Origin: Trichosphaerium sp. ATCC 40318
Lineage: Eukaryota; Protista; Tubulinea
DNA length: 64,000 nucleotides
Direction: 5' to 3'
NCBI GenBank assembly: GCA_038496445.1
Contig: JALMLS010000039.1
Location: 55,096 to 119,095 of the forward strand
Shown here: positions 1 to 16,927 of the stretch, in pieces
Position numbering within the stretch: the stretch's first letter is position 1
How the letters are laid out: every line of letters begins with the position of its first letter
Position numbers and translations under genes: made by a program
Notes under the pieces: generated by a model
Databases searched by the model: none
The model's input: only the letters and a program-made list of their open reading frames with translations
Told to the model about the DNA's origin: nothing

Positions 1-759
1 ATGCTCCATGGTAGCAGAGTACCAGTAAGTTCTCCATTAAATGACCAAACTAAAAAAAAATTCCTCTAAAAAAGGTTGTAACGAAAATCGAAGATGGCTT
101 GTACTTGGGTGGATTTCCAGCTTTCTGGAGGTTTACAGACTACCCAAAGAAATCACCTTATAGCGCTATAGTAGATATGACTTGTGAGGTACGATTGTAG
201 GCGTGTTTTTGTCCAAACTGGTTACAATTGAGTTTTAATAAAACTTGAATAGATTCCTCAACAATACAAGTGGCGACATTACATCAACGTACCACTTTGG
301 GATGGTACAGCACCTACTCCAATACAAGTACAAACATGCGTTGATTGGATAACAAAGCAAAGAAATGCAGATAGAGGTGTTCTAGTGCATTGTGGGTTTG
401 GTATTGGAAGGAGTTCAACAATAGTCATTGCGTATTTAATTTCAAACGGTAATACTATTTGTCACGTGTTACAAGCATATAATCCATACTTTGGTTTTTT
501 CTTTTTTCCTATTTTCTCAAGTAGCACGGAGTTGTTGTTCGTGAAAGGGTTGACATGACTCTGTTGCTCAATCGTTTTTTTCATTGAGACTTTTTTACAA
601 TTTTTTGTTTTTCTCGTCTGTTAGTACTCACTTTGTGGTTTAGGTTCTTTTGAGACAATTGATGAGGCATATATGTATCTAAAATCAAAAAGATCTATTG
701 TTCATATAAACACTAGTTATCGCAAAGCACTTCAGTTGTGGCTAGATAATAATAAATAA
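1..759 (+). CDS. Dual-specificity protein phosphatase, spliced; 5' end may lie outside the window
   Basis: Exons at about 74-188, 253-448 and 643-759 join to give ...IEDGLYLGGFP...IVDMTCE|IPQQ...PLWDGTAP...VLVHCGFGIGRSSTIVIAYL..., with the HCx5R catalytic motif; TAA at 757-759. Confidence 0.88.
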
Positions 760-1320
760 TAAAAACTAATATATTCTCACTATTCAAAACAAATGTACAC
801 AATAACGAAAGAAACAACGTTTCTAGCAAGGCCTACTAGAGACACTGTAGCAACCATAGTTTTTCTTATATTGTTAATCTTTACAAGTGAAAGTGTTTAT
901 TTTCTTTGAACATAGTTTGTACACCATTTTCTTGATTGATCAGCTCTTCCGAAGATATAAATAGTACAAGAGAATCTATTTATATAATTTTAAAGTGTCC
1001 GTGTCCATTGCATGAGAAACACCATTTGAGCCGTTATATGATGTCACGTTTGACTACTTATCATCGAACTTACAGCAACCTAAAGAAAGACAACGTGACA
1101 TAAAAAAATTGTAATAAAACGACTTAGACATTAATTCTATCTACGTTTACCAACACAACAACTTTGATTTATGTTACAGCAACGCAATATAAGGACACTA
1201 ATCTTGTATTTAACTTTCCTTATTAATAAGAAAAGGCAAGCTACACACATAAAGGCTAATGGTATTGAGAAGATGTAACCAATTTTATTCTAAACTAAAC
1301 TACATATGATTCTTGCAAAG

Positions 1321-1663
1321 TCATCCATTAATATACGCTTTCACAGCTTCAATAAACTCAACACTGTCCAAACGTAGGCTCTTAGTACGTTCTCGTGCAT
1401 AGAACGAACAATCCACCCTGCTGCCCTCCTGTCGCAATGTGTTTTGTACAAACTCACCTGCGGACTTCCAACGAGCTTCGTTCTTTGCTTTAAAGGTATA
1501 GCATGGACTTGTATTATTCTTGGTGATTGTCACCCAACTAAAAGGAAATAAGTGGTTTGTGGTGGCGAAATAAAAGCGCAGAGAAGGCGTACTTGTTTAT
1601 AGCTTTACGCACACTCTGTGTATCACGGGGATTGTGGTTTTTATATGGCTTAAGTAGCACCAT
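1321..1663 (-). CDS. Small two-exon hypothetical protein (about 95 aa)
   Basis: ATG at 1663; a GTACGC donor near 1591 and a TTTTAG acceptor at 1538 join MVLLKPYKNHNPRDTQSVRKAIN to WVTITKNN...KAYING* in frame. No recognisable domain. Confidence 0.4.
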
Positions 1664-4252
1664 GGAAAGTAAGAATAAGTTAGGATCGCTAAACAAACAA
1701 AAGATATAAATAGAGATCCCGCCAAACAGGTTTGCAAAATGAGCCAAGTTAAGTAAAAAAAATGAGCTATTTTCCACCACAGAGGCGCCAAAACATGTGA
1801 GTTTGGGGGTTTTTTTTTTGCTCGTACTACACTTCAAAGACCTTTTCGCTTAGCTTTCTTACACCCAATTCGAGAACCTACAAACAAAAATTGGTTTAGA
1901 TTATTGATTGAACTACCCGTACCACTACTAGGACTAATACTATTAGTGCACTGTTGTTGGATTTGCCTAGGAGCTGAAACATGTTTTCTAAAGCGAAGTA
2001 TGAGCAAGACAGATACTTTTTGATAGAACAATGTACGTACTGCTTGAGTTTTCTTGTAATACAATTATAGGGGTATCCAAACGAGTTTTGTTTAGTTCAT
2101 TGTTGGTCTGAACTCTAACTGACTCGGGAAGGCCTGATACAAGACTCATTACTAAACGTTGGTGTTAGAGAATAGCACCAAAAGGTCAACAAAACAAACA
2201 TCAATACATAGCACATTATTGAACGGAAACAAGGATGGAAGAGCAAAAGTGTAAGTTATAGCGTAGAAAATGATTTCAAAATCACAACGAAAAAAGGCTT
2301 TGGAGCACTCGGAATTCTGTGAAAAGTAAAAAGTCGTTCAGTTTTGTTAAATGACGGTTTTCACAAGAATGAGTCTAGCTTTATACACTACTACGCATAG
2401 AGTACTACTATAAAAATTAGAGCGCCAGTAGGGGAGCTTTAAGCAAAACAACTTTGGTATTCTGGTTCAATGCCACCGAAGTCTTTTAGCGCTTCTAGCT
2501 TAAGTAAGGCAGAAAACTCGCAAAGTTTTGAGGGTGGGATTTTGTCAACAAATATTTGTCCGAATCGTTGGTTACAGCCAATTTCACTTTTGTTGTAGTC
2601 AACCTTTTAAACATGTACATAGCAACAGGAGGAGGGCGTTTTTGAAAACAGTTGGCTTACGTTTGTTTTTTTTTTATGCTACAGCGTACCTGTAAGCTTC
2701 TTCTGGTATAATGGGCCACTTTGCGTGTTCTGCACTACGTCCGTATTTTTATATCTTACTTCCGCAATATGTTGGCTCATTCCAGTAAAGAGCTCTTCCA
2801 CATAAGGTGGAACAACTAAGTTTTGAGCTGGTGCAGTTGCCATACAGATTTGATTATTCGGTCAAATGACATGCGAGAAAGGTGTGAACGTTTTCTCGCA
2901 ACCATAAATAAAACGAAGAAACACAAACTAAACGCACGTGATGCTTTCCAAAACTATTATCAAAATTACAATGCTTTTTGTGCTTCTCAATCTGGTACTT
3001 CAATTTTTGTTTTTTTCAGTGACGGTGTGTCCTTCAACTAACACCACTTTATGAAAAAAAAAAAACCTAAAGCTGTTTTTTCATTTTAGTCTTCTCAGTG
3101 CCGCTGTGCAGGTATTGCATTTTGGTATTTATTGGTAGGTATCAATGGTAGTATTATAGAAATACAAAGAGTTATTTCAAGTTACGTTACGTTGTGATTT
3201 CAAAAGAGTTTTCATGTTCGGTGTTAAGGCTTAGTACAGAAAACTCTCACGCCCAAAGTTAAAAAAAAAGTCACTAGACGACTCAAAGGCTAGTGGCTCG
3301 CATGAGCTTCGCTGTTATAAGAAAACGTAGCACAAATTTATTTACTGAATATTTCTAAGTGGCTTGAAATGGGCTTTCAACCACTCTGTCTGTAGAAATT
3401 TATAAATTTTATAGCGTTTAAGACTACTTTTAATCGAAAGGAAGTACCTGGTGGTTCAAAAATAAGCCAACAATTTTTTTCTTTACTGAATGAAGTTCTA
3501 AAGCGCTGACCAGTCTGAAAACCGATATTGAAACCTGGATCGGTATTTGCCACCTCTAAGCACAAAACGGTTTACTTCTTGGCACAAAAAAGCGATATTC
3601 GTCACGTGCTTCCTAAACGCCACAGAAACTTATAGGCATCACTTTTTCTGCGTAGAACTACTTATTGCTAGATTGTTTGCGCTAATAGAACTAGTGTTGC
3701 TGGTTTTTTACTATCACTCCACAAAAGCGTTCAAAGTCATATTGTAGGTGCGTGTAGTACAGTCAACCTATCAATTCGGCGTGTATTTTTGCCCAAGCTG
3801 TAAAGGCCTTTTTTTCCATGGTGTAAAAGCTACATCGTGACAAGCAAACAGCGTGAAGAACTACGAGAGGGTCACATTTTAAACGATACGAGGTGAGTTT
3901 TTAAAGCAGTTTAAACTAATATTGAGATTTACAGACACTTGGGAACTGTTCTCCTATCTATACATAAAAAATTCGAAGAGTTCAAGTATATATTCACAAA
4001 ATGATTTTGGTGCAAAGTTTTGTAGAGGAATCTGTGAGGGTACGAAGTACGATTTAGTGAGCCGACAGAATCTAAGCAAACACCGAATAAAACTTTTAAG
4101 TAAAGTTGTGTGATAAAAAACTGATGTTAAAAAAAGACTGAGTTTTAGTTTACCTGGTAGAGGAAAAGTACAGGCCTACCTTTTGTCAAGAAGTGCCAAA
4201 ACTTGTGATGAGTTCTTACGTAAATTAATACAACGGAGCTCTTTCGCTAGTT

Positions 4253-5240
4253 TCATTTGCACACCTTTAGGTGAGGATCACCAAGCTTTTCAGTAAGAAG
4301 GCCTTGAGAGAAATCTGTATGTCTACGTATATGGATAAATACGGTCTCACCATGATGGTATGATTGTCAACACCACTACCAAAATTACAAGAAGAAATAC
4401 AACTACAATTACAATCACTACTGGCAACACCGGGAAATCAGAGCCACTGTCTGATTGTGTTGAGCAGGATGAAGAAAACAATACAACTAAACTTCCAATT
4501 GTATCTGTTTGGAGATTAACTACACTTTCAGCTTGTTGTTATTACGTACTTTGTTTAAAGCATGAGTTAATGTCTGAAAGTGATATGTTTTGTTTATCAA
4601 TGATGCAATCATCTCTAAAGTTCATGAATGTCAACGAATCAATACTCACTGCAGTTGTATCAACGACTATGTTTTCTTTAAAATAAGCCATCCCCTATTG
4701 AGATTGATGAGTTAGAACCAACAACAATCACTGTATTCTCTGCAAACACGACATCTCCTATATTTTGGTTATGACACGTGTTATAACAATTAGCTGTACC
4801 TAACGTGGCATAGGTTGTTCCAACTACAGAAAAGATGCCATCAATGACAGCTATATGGCTAGGCGATACGGTGCTTGCAGCTGTAGTAGGGGTAATTGTA
4901 GGTATACTAGTACATAAAGTCTGCCTTTCTAAGCTACATGGGACGTCATTAATACCTAGACACAGTCAACTGTAGAAACAATGTAAATGCATACCAAAAG
5001 CTGCTTCCATCATAAGACATCGTTCTTGACTGCCAGCACCATCACCAAGCTAGGCTCATCGTGGTTCATAAAGTACTTGACTAAAAACGTATGAATGTTC
5101 TCATTTGCACCAACAAGAAATAGATCAGTTTGTAAAATAGGTTTTTGACTATTCTGCCTTGTGAAAGATGATAATGCTTCTTCACATGTTCCACAATCCC
5201 TTTGCATATTACGGCAGTCTTGACAGGCGTTCATTGCATA
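4253..5240 (-). pseudogene. Disrupted C-type-lectin-like / Thr-rich stalk / transmembrane surface protein, paralog of 51662-53562
   Basis: Reconstructs DCGTCEEALSSFTRQNSQKPILQTDLF (cf. DCSKCIDNLNTYVWQSSGLTLTQTPLY in the intact paralog), EPS..QERCLMM..GINDVPC, a TSIPTITPTTAAST stalk and TM segment VLPVVIVIVVVFLLVILVVVLTII. Frameshifts near 5050, 4680 and 4327; in-frame stops at 4539-4544 and 4347-4349; N-terminus absent. Confidence 0.7.
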
Positions 5241-5631
5241 ATCTTTATTTCACCACGATGCGCATTAAGCCACGCTGTTGGAGCCGCTCAGTGATTCTGT
5301 CTTGTTAAAAGCTCAAAATCATTTTCAGTAAGCATCTCTGGCAACATATCTCCACTAATCACAGTTAGATTATACTCATAAGGTAATCTAATCTTCCACT
5401 GTGTAAGTGGAATATATACTTGAGTGCAACTACATTTTGTGTAAGAAGTCATGTTATCAGCTTTGAAAATTAGTCCTAAAGCAATGGAGATAATAGTAAG
5501 TTTTTCTTACTGATTAATAGAACTTTATTAGAGCAACAACTACTTACATATTGCACATGACGTGAAATAATTTTGCTGCATGTTTCCAAGCTAATTAATT
5601 TTGCACCTGCCACTGCCTATTACTACAACCG

Positions 5632-6456
5632 TTATTTATTGATAGTGTGTGCACCTGCCAATGCCTTCAAACCTTCATCTGTTACATCTGTATATGATAA
5701 ATTAATATCATGTACACCTGCCAATGCCGCAATGCCATTGTCTGTTATTGCCTTACAACAATATAGGTTGATAGTGTGTACACCTGCCAATGCCTTCAAA
5801 CCTTCATCTGTTACATTTGTATATGATAAATCAATATCATGTACACCTGTCAATGCCGCAATGCCATTGTCTGTTATTGCCTTACAACAATATAGGTTGA
5901 TAGTGTGTACACCTGCCAATGCCTTCAAACCTTCATCTGTTACATCTGTATATGATAAATCAATATCATGTACACCTGCCAATGCCGCAATGCCATTGTC
6001 TGTTATTGACATACAACCACATAGGTTGATATCATGTACACCTGTCAATGCCGCAATGCCATTGTCTGTTATTGCCTCACAATAATATAGGTTGATAGTG
6101 TGTACGCCTGCCAATGCCTTCAAACCTTCATCTGTTACTTTTGTACATGATAAATCAATATCATGTACACCTGTCAATGCCGCAATAATGTCGTTTGGTA
6201 GCTCACATCGGTTGAGATCAATAGTTGTATTGTGGAGTAACGGACTACCAGAAAGCATCTGAACTTCATTTGTGTTTTTAATATGGATACGACCATACCC
6301 AACATGGTTATGAACAATATCTCGTAAAAAATGGCACGTTTGGGCTGTACGAAGTGTATACGTCCCTTGTTTGATAATATGGACTATTAACTCAATTGGT
6401 AGCCCAACAAGGTCGAATACTTGGTTGAACTGTGTTTGTTGTTTTTTCTTTTCCAT
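5632..6456 (-). CDS. F-box-like + LRR protein, family copy 1 (8 internal repeat units, C-terminally truncated), intronless
   Basis: N-terminal FDLVGLPIELIVHII...AQTCHFLRDIV (LPxE F-box-like pattern), then 21/22-aa units xGVHDIDLSxTxVTDEGLKAL and AGVHTINLxxCxAITDNGIAAL. First ATG at 6456 (the ORF track starts at an upstream TTG). Ends abruptly AHTINK* without the cap seen in copies 2 and 3. Confidence 0.85.
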   Translation of the reverse strand: MEKKKQQTQFNQVFDLVGLPIELIVHIIKQGTYTLRTAQTCHFLRDIVHNHVGYGRIHIKNTNEVQMLSGSPLLHNTTIDLNRCELPNDIIAALTGVHDIDLSCTKVTDEGLKALAGVHTINLYYCEAITDNGIAALTGVHDINLCGCMSITDNGIAALAGVHDIDLSYTDVTDEGLKALAGVHTINLYCCKAITDNGIAALTGVHDIDLSYTNVTDEGLKALAGVHTINLYCCKAITDNGIAALAGVHDINLSYTDVTDEGLKALAGAHTINK

Positions 6457-6815
6457 TGTATGATCAATGTCAATTTTCGTCAAATAATCGTACTAAATAG
6501 CGTACAAGTGTTGCGAGCACAAGTATACTGCGAGAAAAGTTAATTTATTATCTAAAAAAGGTGGCTTAATGCGTGGTCTACCTTAATCTCATGAATTTAC
6601 AAACGTAAAGTTGTTATTTTGGTATCAAGTTCATTGGAGTTATTAAGGACTTCATGTCACGCAGTGACGTAATGGAACATCTTCTCAATGTTGTTTGTTT
6701 TAATCAATTTCTACACTCGTAAACTTAAAAATCCACAAAAAAAAAACAAGAAAAGCAAAAGTGGATATTGATTGGGAAAGCAAGTTTTTACTTTTATTTT
6801 GAATTACTGTTATAT

Positions 6816-9983
<3,168 letters not shown>

Positions 9984-10411
9984 TGTTGCTTACAAAGTGA
10001 GAGGAATGGATAACGTAAAAGGGCGAGAGAAAGCAATGGTTTGGCGGTGAAATTGCCTTAATCAACATGGCTTAAAACGCTGACTGAGAAAAGCCGCAAA
10101 CGCTGTTCTATAACCTGTACAATATCTACGCCGCGTACAAATACTATTTTAGTGATAAAACTCAATTGTCACAATTTTACAACGCTAAACTCGCAAGCAG
10201 TACCCTCAAGCGTGTTTTAGGGTCCAGATATACATCAATATACCGTTTATTCACTGCGACCTTTTTTAATGTGCTTTCCACCTTTTATGAGCGTCAAAAC
10301 CACTCCAACAGTTATTTTACCGTTTTAATAAACCTATATTGTGAATGTGTTCCCATATTTTCGATTCACAGCCCAAACGATACAACGCAAGCCAAATACA
10401 GCAAGGTAACG

Positions 10412-13400
10412 ATGGGTAATAAGAGTTTAAACTCCCGTACGTACTTATAAGGCGTAACAAAGCGCGTTCGTGACTCTGTTGTAGAATTACGTAAGAAGAA
10501 ATGGAGAGAAAGGGAGGAGGTTAACCTAAGGAAACATAAGATATCTGTACGAGTTTTCTGAGAGTTTTTGAGAGTTTTTTTAGGCTTTAGTCTATATTTC
10601 AATTTAATCACGTGATATATTGAAGCGTTGTTAACATTGTTTGATGTGTAGGAAATACCACCTTCTGTCTCTGATTTAAAGGCAAAGAAGGTCATGCTTG
10701 CTGAGAATGATATTACAGAGGTAAAAAAACGAATCACTTTGAGCGTTGTTTGGTTTATTTGTTTGGTTGATTTTTCTTTTTTTTCTTTTTCATTTTTTTG
10801 GTAATTTTTGAACTTATTATTATTAGCTTCCAAGTGAGCTTTGTGCTATGAAGAATTTAGAATACTTGGAGTTAAGGTTCGTTGATGTTTTTATTTATTA
10901 ATAACTTGGTTGTTCTCTTTTTTTTAATTACGTCAAACAGTTCAAATCGGTTGGGAACATTACCACCAGCTCTAGGTACGAACATTAAAACTTTAGCTGT
11001 AAAAAACTTGAAACGCTGAGAATAAGAAAATCCGGCGCTAATACTTCTTGTTTTTATTGTTCTTCGTCTATTATTATCAGTGTTTTGTCACGTGATATTT
11101 TTTTCTCGCGATAATCGTGTTAGGAATTACTTTTTCCCTTTTGTTTTTTTCATGTTTTCCTCACGTGTTATTGACATTGTCACGTTTTTTTTCAAACTTA
11201 TTACGTCTTTAGGTCGTATGCAGAAACTAAAGGAGTTGTATTTGGATAACAACAAGCTATTTTTAAATCCCCTATCACCTGGTACGCGAAAGCTTTTTTG
11301 AAAACAACTGGATTTTTTTAAAAGTCGCTTTACGTCCACTCTCAAACGTTGTTGTTACGTTTATATGAGTAAAAAATTTATGAGTGTATCACGTGTATGT
11401 TATTAACGTTTAAACCAAGCGCTTGGGCAATTGGCACAACTTACAGTATTGGTTTTGAGGAAAAATCAGCTTGATGATATTCCAATGGAATTATCTCATT
11501 GTGCACGCTTGACGTGAGTATTTAGTCTACCCCTAAGGTGTTAATTAACTTCTATATTTCACAGGTTATTGGATGTATCTGAAAATAACTTAAAGGTACC
11601 TTTTTACAATCAACAAAACCGCAAGCTTTTTAGCTGATTTTTTTTCTTCAAAGTCATTTCCACCGGAGATTTGCGAATTGAAGCAATTACAAACCCTAAA
11701 GATTGAGAAGAACAACTTACAGGTATGTTTTTCTTGACTTATTATAAGACTTCTTGAGAGGATGTATGGCTAACAATTTGAATTACAGGCACTCCCAGAG
11801 AAGTTAGGAAATTTGGCTTCTTTGACTGAAATGTCATTTTACGAGAATCAAATTCGTAAAATTCCTGACTCCATAGGGGATCTTAAGAAGCTTTGTAAAG
11901 TGAATTTCGGCAGGAATAAGTTACAAGAACTACCAGAGAGTTTTAAAACACTAAGAACATTAACACACGTGCGTTTCAAATTACATCAATTCCAAATTTT
12001 TCTTAATTTTTTTTTGTTATTTAGTTTTACATTGGTGATAATGGTGCTTTGGATGTACGTTGTTTTTAATCATTAGTATCAATTATTCTGATTTGTATTT
12101 TATAGACTTTACCAGAATTCACGTGCTTTCCGTCACTACGATACCTGAACATCCAAGGTCTTAACGTAAGTTGTTTTTATACATTAATACTAGAGAGAGT
12201 GTTTTACTTTTTTTTTCGAAAACTCTTTATTGCGCTCTACTAGTTTTAGTAATATTTTTTTTAGATTTCACGTATCGATCCATCTATTGGAACATTGAAA
12301 AACCTTGAAAAACTCGAAATGCGTACGTTGTAGCAAGAATGTCTTCCTTGTATCTTTTTTTGAACCTGCAAAAATTTTTTGCTCACGTGTTCTAGGCGCA
12401 AACCACCAGATTCAAAGCTTGCCACCGCATATTGGTGATTGTTTACAACTCCAAGAACTTGTACTTATATTTAACACGTTATATTTGTATTTATTAAGGT
12501 ATCTATAGGACCTGTTTGGATGTAGGTTTACAGCTATTCCAAAAGAGATTGGTAAATTGGTTAAAATGAAGGTATTAATTTTTTTCGATCTTCTGTGTTT
12601 TCTCGTGCTTACAAGGCTTTCTTATAGGTTCTTAATCTTAATGGAAATAAGCTTACTACTGTAACCTTCCCTGCCGCTGTTGGAAACATGAATCAGCTGG
12701 TAAGATAGTTGAGTATCGTTAAATCATTTCTCATATTTTTTTCAAAAATAGGTACATCTTAACCTGGGAAACAACAAGGTTCGTAACGCACTCTCAAGTA
12801 TTATCTTTTGATATTTTAACCTTTAATAGCTCAGTACGCTTCCACGTGAAATCAGAGGTTTGGTAACTTTAGAGATACTTGATGTTAGTATCAACGAACT
12901 GACTGATCTTCCTGAAGAGGTACGTTGTTTTTTTTTTTTTCAGATAAAGTTGTTAAACGTTTTGTAAGATTGGCAAAATGTGCAAGCTTCAAAGGTTCTA
13001 TTTGAACGGAAATCAATTGAAAAAGAGTACTAAACATATCATCAAGAGTATCTGAGTAAAATAACTGGTTTTGTAGTACCTGAATCGATTGGAGAATTGA
13101 CAGAACTGAAGATTCTTGATTTGAAACAGAACGAGATTTCTGTTCTTCCAGAGAGCCTTGGCCTCCTTAAACAAGTCACCAAGTTTGACTTTTCGAATAA
13201 TATGCTAACAAAGCTTCCATGGTAAGTTTGTTGACAAGATTGATCAACTCAACTATTGATGGGAGAGTTATGAAGGCTTTTTGTTGACATTTGTTGGCTT
13301 TTTTTGCTAATTCGAATCTTTAGGTCATTGCACTACTTACACCGTAATTTGAAGATTTTAGAGGTTTCTCATAACCCTCTAATCGTTCCACCACAGCCAG

Positions 13401-13724
13401 GTACTTATATTTTAGTCACATGATACCGAACTGAAGTGAAAAAAAAACCCAATCTTTTTCCTTTACAATAACGAATGATTGACGTCCTTTTTCTTTAGTT
13501 GTAAATCGTGGTCTATCACCTATACTTGGTACGTTCACTTTAATATTATATTCATAACAAAACTTGTATGTTAAATTATTGTACTCATTGTGTTCTATTT
13601 AGAGTGGCTAAGAAACCATGAACGAGAGGTAATTTTTTTTTCTTTATCACGTGTTTTTTTTTCTTACTCGTTGTTTTAGGGAAGAGATGCTTCTATTGTT
13701 GGTCTTGGATTACGAGACAACTAA
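10412..13724 (+). CDS. lrrA: Leucine-rich repeat protein, ortholog of Dictyostelium LrrA (about 20 introns)
   Basis: MGNKSLNS..., canonical LxxLxLxxNxLxxLP repeats, NNKLFLNPLSP, NQLDDIPMELSHC, NMLTKLPW and C-terminal HNPLIVPPQPVVNRGLSPILEWLRNHEREGRDASIVGLGL match my recollection of LrrA along its length. Confidence 0.85.
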
Positions 13725-13946
13725 TATTCATTCTATGAAACACTAAGAATATTGCCGTTAAATTAACAAAACAAAAGGGCGTAAAATTACCCAAGCAAGA
13801 AAGAACAAAACCAAAAAAAAAAAATGGTCAGAAAAAAAAAAACTTTAATAAAATTCAACGCCTGAAATCACGTTTTTATTGTCGACTCTATTTCCCCCTT
13901 TGTAATAGTTACAATACCACAGACTTAGTTTGTTTATTTTTGTGTA

Positions 13947-14753
13947 TCACTGTGTTTTGTTTTTTTTAATTTGGTTTGCAAGAAGCTCTTTGTTTACAAT
14001 TGTATCACGTAATTCTTTGTTATAAGGTTCTCCATTCTCGAACCATATTTTGACATCACTCTTCTTTCCATCAACGTATGTAACTTGTAACTTTATTTTC
14101 CCATTATCATGCCACTCCTTGTGCTCACCAACCTCATTTCCATCAACGTACATTGCTTGTAACTCAAGTTGTCCGTTCTCATACCACATCTTTACTTCAC
14201 CATTATTTTTTCCACGAACAAACACAGATTGTGCTTTAATTTGTCCATTCCTATGCCACTCCTTGACATCACCATGTTTCCTACCAGCAGTATACATAGC
14301 AGAGAACTTGATTTGACCATTCTCATACCATCCTTTTGCCTCACCATGTCGCTTACCAACAATGAACATATCTTGAAACTTGAGTACACCAGTCTCATAC
14401 CATGCCTTGTACTCGTCATACAATTTACCTCGAAAATACAAAGCCTTTGCCCTGATCTGACCATTCTTATACCAACCCTTATACTCACCACTCTTCTTGC
14501 CATTATCATAGACAGTTTTGCTTTTTAAACTGCCGTCATTGTACCAAAGAATCCAAACACCTTTTTTTTTGAGATAATCATCATAATGAGTGTTAATAGC
14601 AGCTTTTTTTGAAAGCACGTGGAACTTTACAAATGTTTCCTTGTTGAAACTACATAGATACTTTTGGAGTTCGTTTGGAAGTCGTAGAATGTAACAAATC
14701 TTGGCACAAGGGTATGTTTGTACCAAGGTTGGTTCTTTTTGTACTTTTCGCAT
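13947..14753 (-). CDS. F-box-like + MORN-variant (MORN_2/YwqK-like) repeat protein, intronless
   Basis: CYILRLPNELQKYLC N-terminal motif, then about 7-8 24-aa repeats of type GExKxWYENGQIKxxxxYxxGK. Confidence 0.85.
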   Translation of the reverse strand: MRKVQKEPTLVQTYPCAKICYILRLPNELQKYLCSFNKETFVKFHVLSKKAAINTHYDDYLKKKGVWILWYNDGSLKSKTVYDNGKKSGEYKGWYKNGQIRAKALYFRGKLYDEYKAWYETGVLKFQDMFIVGKRHGEAKGWYENGQIKFSAMYTAGRKHGDVKEWHRNGQIKAQSVFVRGKNNGEVKMWYENGQLELQAMYVDGNEVGEHKEWHDNGKIKLQVTYVDGKKSDVKIWFENGEPYNKELRDTIVNKELLANQIKKNKTQ

Positions 14754-15609
14754 GTTTGTGGTTGTTGTACTTGCTTACACCTCCCAACAGTACTCTAATG
14801 TATTATCTAGAGTTGTTTTGATTGTGACAGCGTTTAACTAGTCTCGCAGGTACAGATATGCTTATGCAACGGTAAAGGCAATTTGGCGAGGAAACTAAAG
14901 TCAAAATGTTTCGTCACGTGACAACCTGATGTTAGTCTTGAGTGCTGGCTCATGATGCCTCAGTATCGTCAAACGTATGGCAAGCTTTGTTCAGGTGGGA
15001 GTAGAAGTTATATACTTGTACAGCAGTTATTGGCTGAAAAACTGGATTGCTCTCTAAAATCAAGCAAAAACAATAATCTATTGTTATCTACGCGTATAGA
15101 GGGCGTTTCTGCGTATTCACAGTTCAGATTTTTCAAAAGGCAATCACGTGACATAACATCTCTAAATGCAAACTAAGATTTATACACACAGACATTATAT
15201 TCATGTACAACATAGGTGGTGAAGGCAGGGTAAAAGGTAGTGCCAGTGTTGTTCGATGCTTGTTTTAGCTTAACACTCTAACTTCGGAGAACTGTGCGAA
15301 AATGGTATCTGGCACATTCTGGCGGTGGTCCCAAAAGAGCAATCTGTGCGTGTTATTATTACTGAACTATATTGTATTTTCTTTTCGTTAGCGCTTTAAC
15401 CTGTCACGTGTTCCTACTGGTGATATCAGGCGTGCTTCATTATTCAAGGTACTCCTAACTAGCTCAATTTCAAACGCCGCTATTACACTAGAGATGATAG
15501 GGACGAGACGTCAAAACGACGTGGAAGGACATTAAGGCAACCACTATAAGTCAAGTTTAACTTTCACTTTAGGCTAATACCACTTTGTATAACAAATAAA
15601 CACTATAAC

Positions 15610-16927
15610 ATGGGAAACCAAGCCGTACGTTGTTCTAACAAGTTTTTTTAACTTAAAATACACTTAAATGTCTTAAACGCCCTTCTTACGCGTTCAATAC
15701 GCTAATTATTGATCAAAACAACAGTCAAACGACAGGAAATTTGTAAAACTGCATGTAGAGGACGAAAATGGCCTGGAAGTGACAAACGTTAATGGCGAAC
15801 TTGAATCTATAAGTCAAAATAGAACAGCACCTTTTAACAGTTTGGAAGTTTTTTCAACAAACAAAGAAAATACAAATTTTACAGTTCACTTCACATCAAC
15901 TAAGGATACAAGACCTTGTTGTTTTAGCTTTGAAGGTGCTTATTTTAGTATCAGAGGATGGTCATCTTCTCAAACGAAATACTCGTTCAGTGGTTCGTGT
16001 AATAGGGTATGCATGGTTTTTTGTTCTTAGAAAAAAATGAGAATTTGGTTTCGGTTTTGTTTGTGTGTACACTAGTTCATCTCATATCAATATTCACAAA
16101 AGGCACTGTCATATTGTTATGGAATTATAATAGATTAATATATATATATATAATAGACATGTGCGAAAGTACTGATTGTTTTTCTTTTTGAAGGAATGGG
16201 CAGAGAAAATAACAAAGACACTTGGTAAGAAGTTGTATTTAAAGACTGATCCAGGAATAAGTTTTGAATCTTATTTCGCACTTGACAAGAAATCATATAG
16301 CACAAATGAGCAGGTTACAGGTTCATTCCAACTCAAGAACACAGGCAAAATTCTATTCGGGTACACTACTTTTTTTTTTCTTATTTTTTTCAGGTTTTTT
16401 TTTATTTCTTGATATTTTCTTATCTTCACGTGAAGACGTTCATCAAAATGTTATGTTAGTATCACTATCATAAGTTATGAGTATAACGTTTTTGACTCAA
16501 CTCAGTGCTTAATTTTATTTTTACTGTGTTTAGCCTTCAGAAGCTAATTTTTTTTCTTGGTAGATACAACCATGGCGGAAACTACAGAGGCACTCATAAT
16601 GGTCGTTGTGAGACTTTTTCTTTTGAAGCTACTTGCGAAGGACAAGCAGTGAATGATATTGGAAATAACTTTTGTATGGGTGGCATGTATTCTACACCTG
16701 CTTTAAAACCAGGACAATTATCTTCACCGACTCAATTCAATCTTTGTGATTGGTTCACAATGAACCCTGGCCAGTACAAAGTCAAGTGCACTTATAACCT
16801 TTCAGATATACTATTACGTCCTGGTGAGCATGATTTAACTCTTTGTGAAAGGTCTCAAGCTAGATGGTATGATATAGCAGAAGGGGAGTTAGAGTTTGAA
16901 GTATATGAAGTTGGAAAGCATGCATAA
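15610..16927 (+). CDS. Hypothetical spliced protein with N-myristoylation motif
   Basis: MGNQA|SNDRKFVKLH... gives MGxxxS after splicing; open exons at about 15725-16006, 16193-16360 and 16564-16927 (YNHGGNYRG...FCMGGM...). Confidence 0.65.

Noticed and set aside
4253-5240. Alternative genetic code or stop readthrough explaining the in-frame TAA/TGA
   Set aside because: Conserved genes here terminate with TAG (CDC5), TAA (lrrA) and TGA (P450), and this locus also has frameshifts, so decay is the simpler explanation.
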